40,718 nt of DNA. Source: a virus (taxonomy: Duplodnaviria; Caudoviricetes). The first letter of the stretch is position 1; every line of letters begins with the position of its first letter. The stretch covers positions 1 to 40,718 of IMG/VR virus record IMGVR_UViG_3300033412_000034. One strand, given 5' to 3'. The notes beneath the pieces are model-generated. The model had not been told where the DNA came from and did not search any database. It saw nothing but the letters and a program-made list of their open reading frames with translations. Shown here piece by piece: positions 17,056 to 25,885 of the stretch. The position numbers were made by a program, and so were the translations under genes.

Positions 17056-17601
17056 TCAGTGGGGCGGATTGTCGCGCTGGTTCCACCAGCCCCACGGCTT
17101 GGCGGGTGCCACGGCGGTCGGATGCGTAGCCGTGTCCAGCTTTTGATTGGCCGATTGTGCTGCCTTGGCCGCAACTTCAGTCTGCGCGGCGATCTGGTCG
17201 GTGCGCTTGCGCGCTTCCGTGGCTGCTCGCGCTGCGTTTTGCACTTCCGACAGGACCCGGTCCGTCACTTTGGCGCGCCGCCGCATTTGCATGTCGAGGT
17301 CTTGCACCGCAATCGCCAATGGCCCGATTACGCCGCCCAACCGGTTAATTTCCTGCGCCGATTCGCTGGACTGCTGCGCGAGTCGCTGGTCGCACTGGAG
17401 CTTGAGCTGCGCCACTTCGGTCTGGTGCTTCTTTTCCACCAGCTGGGAGCCCGTATAGACGCCAGTGATTCCGACGCACACGACCGAAATGGTGGCGACT
17501 GCGACCAACACCGGCAAGTGCTTGCGGCGCATCAAGTAGACGCGCTCCGGCGGAATCGGAAAGTCGTCGGGTTCGTGCGGAGGCTCGAGCGAGTCGTTCA
17601 T
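17056..17601 (-). CDS. Membrane-anchored coiled-coil protein (i-spanin-like)
   Basis: One N-proximal TM segment followed by a long Ala/Gln-rich heptad region; located in the lysis cassette. Confidence 0.55.
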   Translation of the reverse strand: MNDSLEPPHEPDDFPIPPERVYLMRRKHLPVLVAVATISVVCVGITGVYTGSQLVEKKHQTEVAQLKLQCDQRLAQQSSESAQEINRLGGVIGPLAIAVQDLDMQMRRRAKVTDRVLSEVQNAARAATEARKRTDQIAAQTEVAAKAAQSANQKLDTATHPTAVAPAKPWGWWNQRDNPPH

Positions 17602-18065
17602 TTCACCCTCAGTGTGACCGCCGGCAAGCTGATCGCTTGCGAGCGGCCAATCAAGTTATCCTGGAAGTTGATCGTCACACGGTAATCGTACTGACCGGGC
17701 GGCAGCCGGTCCGGAATCGCGAACGCAGTGCCAGCCACGGTGCAGCCAGTGGGCAGAATCGCCGACGAAAACCCTGGCGTCACGGTGATGAGTACGTGTC
17801 GGTCGGCATCGAACAACGCCCCGGACTGGGTAACCGCCGTACTTTTTGACAAGCAAGTCTGGCGTTTGACGTAGACCCAGTCGCCCGGTGCGAACTGCGT
17901 GCGCTCGACGCCGTTCGCGTCATACAGACGGGTCGGCTCCATCTGCTGGAACGGGTTGGATCCGATCAGAATGAAATACCACATGATGATGGTGGCGGTA
18001 ATCATGGCCGTCACCAACACCGCCGCGCACATGCAATCGCGGCACTGAGTCACGAAGGTTTTCAT
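17598..18065 (-). CDS. Membrane-anchored beta-rich protein
   Basis: N-terminal TM; IPDRLPPGQYDYRVTI suggests an Ig-like sandwich; ATGA overlaps on both sides. Confidence 0.65.
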   Translation of the reverse strand: MKTFVTQCRDCMCAAVLVTAMITATIIMWYFILIGSNPFQQMEPTRLYDANGVERTQFAPGDWVYVKRQTCLSKSTAVTQSGALFDADRHVLITVTPGFSSAILPTGCTVAGTAFAIPDRLPPGQYDYRVTINFQDNLIGRSQAISLPAVTLRVK

Positions 18066-18286
18066 CGAATTAGCACCTTTCCCACGAGTGAAGTGACGAC
18101 CGACCCCATCACCGTCACTGCGAGCCCGTAAGTCATCAGCTTGATCGGGCCGAACTCCGCTTTGGTCACGAAAGTTTGGATGCGGTCGTACAGATTCTTG
18201 ATGTCTGCCGTGTTCGTCGCTGTTTCCAAAGCAAGCTTCTGCAGAGCCTCGCGAATGTGGGTAGCCTCGCTCTCAGTCATTGGCAT
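18062..18286 (-). CDS. Small coiled-coil protein with C-terminal TM (holin/antiholin-like)
   Basis: RBS GGAG; FVTKAEFGPIKLMTYGLAVTVMGSVVTSLVGKVL. Confidence 0.6.
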   Translation of the reverse strand: MPMTESEATHIREALQKLALETATNTADIKNLYDRIQTFVTKAEFGPIKLMTYGLAVTVMGSVVTSLVGKVLIR

Positions 18287-18406
18287 GAGAAGCTCCACAC
18301 ACGTTGTCCATAATCACTTATCTCCCTCGAGAGGCTCCGCCGTTGGTCCTTACAGCAGACTACCTAAGGCACGGTTCAACTGCCACGGCTTAAATGACGG
18401 CAAGGA

Positions 18407-18994
18407 TCACGCAGTCAGCGACCCTAACGCTCGCCAGCGCTGCCACCCATACTCGAAAGACTCTTGCGACGGATTAGCTTCGGCCTGCTGGATGTAGTCG
18501 ACCGACTGTTGCGCGCGCACCATGCCGAGCAGCACCTGGGTGCCCTCCTGCCCACGCTGGACGACGAACGCGCGCAAAGCAGCGAGCGTTACTTTGCCCA
18601 AGCCGCCGTCGGGTGGTCCCATATCGGGCCACGACTTGCCTTGGTTGTTCAGCACGTTCAAGGCGCGCTGCAGGTATTTGATGCCGGTGGCCGGCCCCAT
18701 GTTGACGCCGATGTCGAATAGCTTGGCGGCCAGCGGCGAGCAACTGGGCACGGCGTCGACCCAGTCCAGATGCGGAGCCATCCAGAAGCGCTCGCGGTAA
18801 ACCGTCACGGCCGTCGCGCGCGGCATCGCGATCATCGGTCCCGCGTAACCGAACGCGCGCGCCACAGCGGCCGTGATACCCCAGATCGTCTCACCGCCCC
18901 GGTCGTCCGGATCGTTCGTATAACCGCCGTTGGGCCGGCCGCCGGCTTCGACGTCGATCACCGCGTCGATCAGCGCTTGCACGTCCGTGCTCAT
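18407..18994 (-). CDS. Endolysin, glycoside hydrolase family 108 with peptidoglycan-binding C-terminus
   Basis: E..GGYTNDPDDRGGETIWGIT, LFDIGVNMG, LQRALN..DGGLGKVTLAAL, FEYGW..R. Confidence 0.92.
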   Translation of the reverse strand: MSTDVQALIDAVIDVEAGGRPNGGYTNDPDDRGGETIWGITAAVARAFGYAGPMIAMPRATAVTVYRERFWMAPHLDWVDAVPSCSPLAAKLFDIGVNMGPATGIKYLQRALNVLNNQGKSWPDMGPPDGGLGKVTLAALRAFVVQRGQEGTQVLLGMVRAQQSVDYIQQAEANPSQESFEYGWQRWRALGSLTA

Positions 18995-19530
18995 TGGCTA
19001 CCACCAACCGGGTCGGGACGGAACTTCAGCACGCGCGCCAGCACTTGCAACGCGAACAGCGCCGCTGCCACGCCGGACCCGCCTCCGGACGGCAAATAGT
19101 GGGCGGCAAAGTCCTTGAGGGCTGGCGGCGCCGAGTTCCAGGCGTCAACCGTGGTGGGCACCAGTCCGCACAAAAACACGCCCACCATGCCGACGCGCAC
19201 GCTGGCCCACTTCCACCAGGAGCGCACGTCTTCGACCCACTGCACTTGCAGCAGCGCCTGCTGCTGAGCGGGCGGCACAGCCTTGTTATAAGCGGCGACC
19301 GCCAAATCACGCTCGGTCATGGCGGCCGTCATGGCGTCCTTGAGCAGCGCGGCCAGCTGATCGGGCGACATTGCCGGCACGGTCGAGGCCGTCGGTTTTA
19401 CTGCAGCAGGCGCCGGGGACGGAGGCGATGCCGGCGACGCGGCCGGTTTGGGAGCAGCGGGAGAGGGAACGACAGGCGGCACGGCGGCAGCAGGGGCGGG
19501 CGCAGCCGGAGTCGATTGGACGTCGGACAT
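18991..19530 (-). CDS. Probable holin with Pro/Ala-rich N-terminal extension
   Basis: WVEDVRSWWKWASVR, two hydrophobic segments and ARVLK end; stop overlaps the endolysin ATG; RBS GGAG. Confidence 0.65.
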   Translation of the reverse strand: MSDVQSTPAAPAPAAAVPPVVPSPAAPKPAASPASPPSPAPAAVKPTASTVPAMSPDQLAALLKDAMTAAMTERDLAVAAYNKAVPPAQQQALLQVQWVEDVRSWWKWASVRVGMVGVFLCGLVPTTVDAWNSAPPALKDFAAHYLPSGGGSGVAAALFALQVLARVLKFRPDPVGGSQ

Positions 19531-19611
19531 TGCAAGTCTCCAAAGGGAAAGGTCGCCGGGCAGGTTCTCGGAGCCGTCGCCGGGTCGGCGGGCTACTACT
19601 ATAGCGACGTG

Positions 19612-19631
19612 CTCCGAGCGGCCGCTCGGAG
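19612..19631. repeat. Perfect 20-bp palindrome (terminator or operator)
   Basis: CTCCGAGCGGCCGCTCGGAG between the 19643 gene and the lysis cassette; TATAGT lies just downstream on the - strand. Confidence 0.55.
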
Positions 19632-19642
19632 GGGCCAGCGCG

Positions 19643-20002
19643 TCAGTCGGAGCTGGCTTCGTGAGCAGGAGGGGCGGTCAGTTCGACCGTAGTGCCGCGC
19701 AGCGCGTGAGTGCAGTCGGCCAGGAACTGGACGCGCCCGTCCGTCACGAACGAGTGGCATACGGACTTGACGGGCTTGGGCAGCCCCTTGCCTTGCTGAT
19801 AGTCCGACCACTGCTGCTCAGTCAGCGGCACGACGCCGGTCACCAATACCGACGGCCAGAACGTCGGGCGCTCATAGTCGCCGTTGAATCCCCACGCGTT
19901 GGGACCGCCGTCGGCCAGCACTTGATGCAGGCAGTGGCAGCCCGGGCACCAAAACCCGAGGCGTCCGCCTTCGATTGTCCGCAACACGCCGCGCAGCACC
20001 AT
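19643..20002 (-). CDS. DUF6527-like Cys/His protein
   Basis: FWCPGCHCLH..WGFNGDYERPTFWPSVL..CHSFVTDGRVQFLADCTH. Confidence 0.7.
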   Translation of the reverse strand: MVLRGVLRTIEGGRLGFWCPGCHCLHQVLADGGPNAWGFNGDYERPTFWPSVLVTGVVPLTEQQWSDYQQGKGLPKPVKSVCHSFVTDGRVQFLADCTHALRGTTVELTAPPAHEASSD

Positions 20003-20006
20003 GGCG

Positions 20007-20639
20007 TCAGCACTCCGTCAGGAAACCTGAGTGTAAAAACCCGTGGTAGCCGCCGCACATGATCGAGCCGGCGCCGGCCGCGCACGTGTGGCCCTGCTTG
20101 TCGACGTGCACGTTGCCGGTACGCGGATCGCCGTGACGCACCCAGCAGTAATGCTCCTGGTCGTTCGGCAGCGTGCAGTTCGAGGCGCGTGCGTCGACGT
20201 TCCAGTCGCCGCCCGGCGTCACCACTTGCAGCGAGATCCCGTCCGGCCCCTTGCGCCGTCCCCAATAGGCGTCGTACATGGCACCGACCGGCAGTTGCCG
20301 ACGCGGCCACTCGCGCCCGTCCTGGATGCTGCGGTAGATCCGGTCGGAGAAGATCTGGCGATGATGGGGCTCGTAGCGAAACCCGCACGCGCACTGCGTC
20401 GGCCAGCGCGGATCGTCCCGATAAGTGTCGACACGGATGCCTTTGCCGGGCTTGAAATATTGCACGCCATGTACCACCGAGTCCTGAATCGCGATGTCGT
20501 CCTCGATCCTCACTTCGGTGTTGTGGTAGCTCCAGCCGGTCTGTTCGGCGGTCGGGCAATCGGCCCCGTCGTAACAGCGCAGCGAAATGGCGAAGCGCGC
20601 CACGGGCTCGGTGAAAAAGACTTTGACTGGAGTTCCCAC
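20007..20639 (-). CDS. Cys/His-rich protein with DUF6527-like C-terminus
   Basis: GTG 20639 with RBS AGGAG; WPTQCACG, NCT..HYCW..TCAAGAGSI..YHGFLHSG. Confidence 0.6.
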   Translation of the reverse strand: MGTPVKVFFTEPVARFAISLRCYDGADCPTAEQTGWSYHNTEVRIEDDIAIQDSVVHGVQYFKPGKGIRVDTYRDDPRWPTQCACGFRYEPHHRQIFSDRIYRSIQDGREWPRRQLPVGAMYDAYWGRRKGPDGISLQVVTPGGDWNVDARASNCTLPNDQEHYCWVRHGDPRTGNVHVDKQGHTCAAGAGSIMCGGYHGFLHSGFLTEC

Positions 20640-20655
20640 AGCGCGCTCCTGGTGA

Positions 20656-20976
20656 TTACTTGGCGGACTTCTTGGCGGCGGGTTTGGCAGCCGGCGGCGG
20701 GGCCTGCCCGGCGTCGCCTGAATCGCCCGAGCTGGCCGCCGGAGCCGTGGCTGCTTCGCGCGCGGCCAGCGCCGCGTCGAGCACGTCCTGGCCCGGATGC
20801 TCCATCGCTTCGTGCTGCGCTTGCTGGACATTGTCGATCAAGTGCCAGTTGCCGTGCAGGAAGCGATAGCGCTCGCCCGTGTCGTGCGCGTAGTAAATCG
20901 AGTTGGCCGGCGCCGTGCCCGGGCGGTCGACCAAACGGCCACCCGAGAAGTTGGGTTGCTCTTGCGTGTCTGCCAT
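20656..20976 (-). CDS. Hypothetical protein with Ala/Pro/Lys tail
   Basis: RBS AGGAG; YYAHDTGERYRF..W resembles short tail-fibre-type motifs. Confidence 0.65.
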   Translation of the reverse strand: MADTQEQPNFSGGRLVDRPGTAPANSIYYAHDTGERYRFLHGNWHLIDNVQQAQHEAMEHPGQDVLDAALAAREAATAPAASSGDSGDAGQAPPPAAKPAAKKSAK

Positions 20977-21000
20977 CGGAAGCTCCTAGAATTTAGAAAG

Positions 21001-24000
21001 TTACACCAGCAACGTACGGATGTTCTGCACGAGCGGACGTTGCTGCGCGTTGGTCGTGGCCAGCGTCAAGCGCAGCCGCGAGGCGTTCAAAGCCACGCTC
21101 GCAACCAGATATTCATTGGTGTACCAACCGTTGCCAATCGGCGTGGACGTTTGCAGCGTCAGTCCCGCCCACGTGCCCGGATTGGTGTTGTCGGTCTGGT
21201 ACTGCACCGTGAGCGACGCGCCCGACGGCAAGTAGCAATCGACGAATACCTTGACCGTGGCCGGCGTGGTCGAGCCGTTCGGAATCGAGAACTGGCGCTG
21301 CACGTACTGGCCCGGCGACACGATAGCTCCAGCGTACAACCCGACCCCGGCGTACACCTTGGGCGACACGCTGGCCGATGCTCCGGTGTTCTTGAGTGTC
21401 GCGTACAGAGTCAGGGTCCCGGACAACGGCGTCGTGTAAGTCGGCGCGTTGATGTTCATCGGGTACTGATTGCCGAGCGAGTCTTGCAGGAACATCGAGA
21501 CCGAGCAGCCGGCCGGGACCGACATGTTGGCCGACACGTTCCAGTCAGTCGCGTTGGTGACGGTGATCGTGCTGAGCGACAACGTGGTCGGCGTGACGGC
21601 GTACGACGGCGCCCACAGCTTGTACATCAAGTCCTCGTTCTGGACCGCGCTCCAAGTGTTCTCGTTGGCCGATTGGAAAAACACTCCAGTGGCCGGCTGA
21701 GTCGTCACGTAAGTGGACGACAGCGTGTCGTACTGACCCATGATGGCGGTGCCTACTTTGCCCGCCAGTCCGGCGGTCGTGACGACCAGCGCGTACCAGT
21801 TGCCCGAGGCACTGCCGGCGACGCCCTGGACGCCGCCGTCCAGGTGGACCGGGTAGACCAGCGGCACCTGATTCCAGCCCAGCACGCACTGATTCGGCTG
21901 CAGCGACCCGAACCCGAGCAGGTTGGCCGAATTCGGAATGCCGGCAATGGTGCCGACGATCTTGACTTGCAGCTGCGTCGTCGGCACTTCGTCCAACCAG
22001 ACCGACACGGCACTGATATCAGTGCCTTGCGTCAGTTGGAACGTCTGGGCGACCGGGTCGTAGCCGAGCGGCAGCGCACCGCCCACGTAGTCCCAGCCGT
22101 AGGTGATGCCCAGCACGTCGTCGTTGAAGATCGTCAGGTTGGCGGTCGCGTTGACGCCAGAGGTGACGCCGACCGCGTTGATCAAGTACGAGCCGATCTG
22201 GACGCCGGCTGCAATCGGCACCACGATGTTGGCCTTGCCGAGCGAGTTGGCCGTTCCGGACGCCACCAACGCGCCCCGGTAGTACACGTTGATGGTCTCG
22301 CCTGCGTTGAAACCAGCCAGGATCGCCGTGGTCGACGCGTTCTCGGGCAGGAACGAGCCGTGGAACCACCACCACCAGCTGTTGCAGTCGATCGAGGCGG
22401 GCGCCAGCGTGATCGTGGCGCTCGACACGGCCGTGCTGCCCGCGTACGGATTGATGCGTTCGGACGCCGTGTGCCGAATTTGTTGCTGTACCACCGTGCT
22501 GGTCGTGACCGGCTGCATGATGCCGGTGCTGACGCAGTTGACGAACTGCGTGAAGTTCGATGGCAGCTCGAGCGTCGAGCCAGTCACGACGGCGGTCTGG
22601 GAGAACCCCGCGTCCTCCAGGTTGGTATTGACGAGCGAGTCGACGATGATGCCGCGCTTGGTCGTGGTCGGATCGTTCGCTTGCGCCACCGAAGCGAGCG
22701 ACAGCTGGGCCACGTTGTATTGCAAGTCAGAGATCTGGGATTGCATCGTCGCGAGCTGGTCGTACGTGACCACTTGAGTGCGCGTCGAGTCGATCACCGG
22801 CGTCTGATTGTAAGTGAGCGTGGCCGCGCCGATGCGCAGCATGCCGTTCGGCGTCTGTGGCTGCTGAATGAACTGCGGCAGCGCCGGCACGCCCTTGCTG
22901 ACCACGAAGTTGCCGGACTGGTCGACCGAAATCAGGTCAATGCGCGACAAGTAATACGAGTAGTCGACCGTGAACTGCGTGCCCGACACCAACGAGCCGT
23001 CCAGCGTGACACCGGTCGTGGTGAACGTCGGCACGAACACCGCATTGTACTGGTAGACGGCCGTATAGGACGAGCCCGGCGACGGCTCGGCGCCCGCCAG
23101 CGACCAATCGACTTGGTCGCCTAGCTGTTGGTAGTCGGTGCCTTTGACGTACGTCGTGCCGCCCGTGAAGGCCGATCCGTTCCAGGTGCCGCCCTGGTTG
23201 ACCGCGATGATCGTCAGTACTGGTGTGTTGGCCAGCAAGTCCGCGCCGCCGGCCGTGCCGCCGCGCGTCACGGTCTGCGTCACTTGCTTGACGCCGACTA
23301 CGCGCTGGATCGACTGGATCGGCGAGTAGCGCAGCGTATAGGTGCCTGCGCCCGAATACACGTACGGCTCGCCCGTGACCGTGCCCACGTCCGTCATCGG
23401 GTCGAGCGTGACGGTCGACTCGAGCGGGTAGACGTTCTCGTTGCCCATCACACGGCAGCGGCCGGCCGCCACGTTCATCAGGATATTGCCGGCGCCGTTG
23501 GTCGAGTTGTAGCTCACGCCCATTCCGACGATCACGTACGAGCCGTGCACCGAGAAGTCGTACGCGGCCAGCGCCGACGCGATCAGCCCTTGCGTGCCGG
23601 TGGTCGAAGTCGACGTCGAGGAGCTGACCAGCGCGCCGTTGTTGAGCGTGTAGACCGGAAAGAACGACTCGTCGGTCGTGACTTGCGTCGACAGCTTCCA
23701 CACGCCGTTCATCTTGAGCCGGTAGGCGCCCACTTGGCCAAAGTTGGGCGATTGCGGATCGGGTTCGGTGATCGCGGTGTCGTCCAGCTGGGTGACGAGC
23801 GACGAGTCGATTGCCACGCCGATCACTTCGGTGCCCGTGCCAAGAATCGTCAGCGCCGCCGCCGGAATGTCGACCGAGTTGCCGTCGGCATAAATCTGCG
23901 CCAGCGTCAAGTTGACGATCTTGTTGGTCTGATCAATCGACGTGACGGCGCCGCCGGCCGTGATCGTGCCGTTGGCGACCAAGTAGTTGCCAAGACGCTT

Positions 24001-24138
24001 GAGTTCGCCTTGGATCACGTCCTGGATTTCGTTCAGTTCGGCCGCTTGCAGGCCATTGCCCGACAGAAACAGCAGCTTCTTGTAGCCTTTGGTCGGATCG
24101 AAGCGATCGAAGTACGACGACGGATAGTTGATTCCCAT
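21001..24138 (-). CDS. DUF4815-type baseplate/tail structural protein
   Basis: N-terminal YFDRFDPTKGYKKLLF..LQAAELNEIQ; YYLSRIDLI; GIIVDSL; beta-rich, 1045 aa. Confidence 0.8.
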   Translation of the reverse strand: MGINYPSSYFDRFDPTKGYKKLLFLSGNGLQAAELNEIQDVIQGELKRLGNYLVANGTITAGGAVTSIDQTNKIVNLTLAQIYADGNSVDIPAAALTILGTGTEVIGVAIDSSLVTQLDDTAITEPDPQSPNFGQVGAYRLKMNGVWKLSTQVTTDESFFPVYTLNNGALVSSSTSTSTTGTQGLIASALAAYDFSVHGSYVIVGMGVSYNSTNGAGNILMNVAAGRCRVMGNENVYPLESTVTLDPMTDVGTVTGEPYVYSGAGTYTLRYSPIQSIQRVVGVKQVTQTVTRGGTAGGADLLANTPVLTIIAVNQGGTWNGSAFTGGTTYVKGTDYQQLGDQVDWSLAGAEPSPGSSYTAVYQYNAVFVPTFTTTGVTLDGSLVSGTQFTVDYSYYLSRIDLISVDQSGNFVVSKGVPALPQFIQQPQTPNGMLRIGAATLTYNQTPVIDSTRTQVVTYDQLATMQSQISDLQYNVAQLSLASVAQANDPTTTKRGIIVDSLVNTNLEDAGFSQTAVVTGSTLELPSNFTQFVNCVSTGIMQPVTTSTVVQQQIRHTASERINPYAGSTAVSSATITLAPASIDCNSWWWWFHGSFLPENASTTAILAGFNAGETINVYYRGALVASGTANSLGKANIVVPIAAGVQIGSYLINAVGVTSGVNATANLTIFNDDVLGITYGWDYVGGALPLGYDPVAQTFQLTQGTDISAVSVWLDEVPTTQLQVKIVGTIAGIPNSANLLGFGSLQPNQCVLGWNQVPLVYPVHLDGGVQGVAGSASGNWYALVVTTAGLAGKVGTAIMGQYDTLSSTYVTTQPATGVFFQSANENTWSAVQNEDLMYKLWAPSYAVTPTTLSLSTITVTNATDWNVSANMSVPAGCSVSMFLQDSLGNQYPMNINAPTYTTPLSGTLTLYATLKNTGASASVSPKVYAGVGLYAGAIVSPGQYVQRQFSIPNGSTTPATVKVFVDCYLPSGASLTVQYQTDNTNPGTWAGLTLQTSTPIGNGWYTNEYLVASVALNASRLRLTLATTNAQQRPLVQNIRTLLV

Positions 24139-24170
24139 TTGGCGTGATCTCGCGGCAAGAATGGCTTAGA

Positions 24171-24198
24171 AAGGAGGAGCCTTATCCAGCGGTTCCGG
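24171..24198 (-). promoter_or_regulatory. Conserved leader motif CCGGAACCGC-N9-CTCCTCCTT (copy upstream of the DUF4815-type gene)
   Basis: Both boxes and the spacing are identical to 32088-32115. Confidence 0.6.
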
Positions 24199-24205
24199 AT
24201 ACGAA

Positions 24206-24229
24206 TTGGCCGGCAATGAAGCCGGCCAA
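24206..24229. terminator. Hairpin downstream of HNH gene
   Basis: TTGGCCGGC-aatgaa-GCCGGCCAA. Confidence 0.5.
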
Positions 24230-24234
24230 CCGGA

Positions 24235-24258
24235 TCAGGTCAGAATTTCAATTCAACC
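24235..24258. repeat. Direct repeat flanking HNH gene (copy 1)
   Basis: TCAGGTCAGAA-tttc-AATTCAACC; includes the HNH stop codon. Confidence 0.7.
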
Positions 24259-24930
24259 CATGACGGACTCATCACCGACAGCGGGCGCGGCACGTTCGAT
24301 CATGAGCCGCGCTGACTTGGGCTGGATCGGCAGGCGTTGCGCGATCTGGTACGGGCCGTAGCCCTGGCGATGCAGCTCCAGCACCTGGGCGACGAATTCC
24401 GGGCTCTTGCTGGCCAATTTGTTGACGCGCTCCGGGACGCGCTCCAGGTTGGCGTGAGCAACGCCACGATACAACATACTAACTAGCCGTTGGGTAACGC
24501 CGCATTCGGCCGCAATTTGACGCTGGGTCATGTCGGTCGTGAGTAGCTCGCGTACTCTGGCGATCTGTGCGTCGGTGTACTTGGAATTCGGGTTGCTCTC
24601 GCCAAACTTGCCGACTCCGCCGCATCGATAACGCCCGCGCTCGAGCGCGTCTTGCACGTTGCGTTTTTGAGTTCCGGGGTACAAATGAAACGGATTGCAG
24701 CAAACCCTGTTATCGCAACGGTGCAGCGCGTTCAATCGGCCGAAGTCGCCGTGCATGAGGTAGCAGACGACGCGGTGCGCCAGCTGCATCGAACCCCAGA
24801 CCATGATTTGCCCGTAGCCGGATTCTTTCTTAAGAGACGAGAGCCACTCCCAGCAAACGTCGGGATTGCCGCCGTGAGAGTCGATGCTAGCGAAAAGGCG
24901 ATCTAATTCGTACAGTGTCAGAGGTTTCAT
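24253..24930 (-). CDS. Free-standing HNH homing endonuclease with C-terminal HTH
   Basis: CWEW..GYGQI..AHRV..LHRCDNRVCCNPFHL..GTQKRNVQD, GESNPNSKYT, TQRQIAAECGVTQRLVS. Confidence 0.92.
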   Translation of the reverse strand: MKPLTLYELDRLFASIDSHGGNPDVCWEWLSSLKKESGYGQIMVWGSMQLAHRVVCYLMHGDFGRLNALHRCDNRVCCNPFHLYPGTQKRNVQDALERGRYRCGGVGKFGESNPNSKYTDAQIARVRELLTTDMTQRQIAAECGVTQRLVSMLYRGVAHANLERVPERVNKLASKSPEFVAQVLELHRQGYGPYQIAQRLPIQPKSARLMIERAAPAVGDESVMG

Positions 24931-24977
24931 ATGCGTTCGGCTCCGGATAAGGAGCCGAACGGTTCGCGAGTGAAGGG

Positions 24978-24999
24978 TCAGGTCAGAACTAATTCAACC
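24978..24999. repeat. Direct repeat flanking HNH gene (copy 2)
   Basis: TCAGGTCAGAA-ct-AATTCAACC just past the stop of the 25002 gene. Confidence 0.7.
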
Positions 25000-25001
25000 A
25001 A

Positions 25002-25838
25002 CTAGTAACTCATCACCGTCTCGATCACTTGACGCGTCGTTGCGTTGCGAATCACAGGCTCGATATTCTCGATTGCCAGCAACGTCCCCGGACTCTGAAT
25101 CTGGCTCGGCACCAGCACGGTCGCGTTCTCTTGGCCTGCCACCGGCGTCGTGCCGAGGAAGTATCCGTACTGGTACAGCGTGGCGGACGGCACGTCGGAC
25201 AGGTCGAACCCGACGTACAAGTAGATGTAGCGCGACGGCAGCGGCGTGACGCCGTCCGGCATCAGCGAGTCGGACCACTTACCCGACGTGGTGGTGTAAG
25301 CGCCGTTGGCGTCGGGTTTGACATAGCGCTTGATGAGCGCCTTGCGCCGGATCAGCTCCTCGTACAGTTGCGTCTTGCTCGGGTCGGCCGCCGGTGCCGG
25401 CGTGGTCCAGGGCGTGGCCGACGTGCCGTTGGTGCTGGGCGGCTGCTGAGTGCCGAGCGAGCTGCCCGTGTCGACGATGGACGGCGTCGTGTTGGTGCCG
25501 ATCAAGTAGTACGGCCCGCTCGGCGTGCGCCCGTACAGCGAGTACAGCGTGGCGCCAGCCACGGCGGTAGCGTTGACCGTGACTTCCGAATTGGCCGCCG
25601 CCACGGTGACGTCCAGCTCGGCCGAGGCCGTGGTTTCGCCGTTGCCGTTGGAAGCCGTCATGACGTAAGCCACTGAGCCGGCCGACAGCGCGCCCGAGCC
25701 TGCCGCCTGCGTGGCCGACAGGCCAGTCGGGGCCGGCAGAAACGGCGGCAGGTCGCCCCACGCCAGCCACAAATCTTGTGCCATTACGGACTGGGCCAGC
25801 GCCACGTGGCCCGAATTCGCCATTACCATATTGCCCAT
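25002..25838 (-). CDS. Baseplate-associated structural protein
   Basis: SGHVALAQSV..LWLAWG N-terminus with an internal FN3-like stretch (APTGLSAT..YSLYGRT); located in the tail operon. Confidence 0.65.
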   Translation of the reverse strand: MGNMVMANSGHVALAQSVMAQDLWLAWGDLPPFLPAPTGLSATQAAGSGALSAGSVAYVMTASNGNGETTASAELDVTVAAANSEVTVNATAVAGATLYSLYGRTPSGPYYLIGTNTTPSIVDTGSSLGTQQPPSTNGTSATPWTTPAPAADPSKTQLYEELIRRKALIKRYVKPDANGAYTTTSGKWSDSLMPDGVTPLPSRYIYLYVGFDLSDVPSATLYQYGYFLGTTPVAGQENATVLVPSQIQSPGTLLAIENIEPVIRNATTRQVIETVMSY

Positions 25839-25885
25839 TGGGATGTCGTCCTGAGTTGCTGGTTGTTCAGTCGGAAAGCTGCGCC

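Noticed and set aside
20797-23124. 775-aa + strand ORF and other long antisense ORFs (28708-30297, 33767-34975, 23128-24147)
   Set aside because: They are Arg/Gly/Val-rich shadows of high-GC3 structural genes on the - strand and show no recognisable motifs.
24139-25001. Group I intron carrying the HNH gene
   Set aside because: The flanking genes are complete with their own stop and start, the non-coding flanks are too short, and no P7 core was seen.
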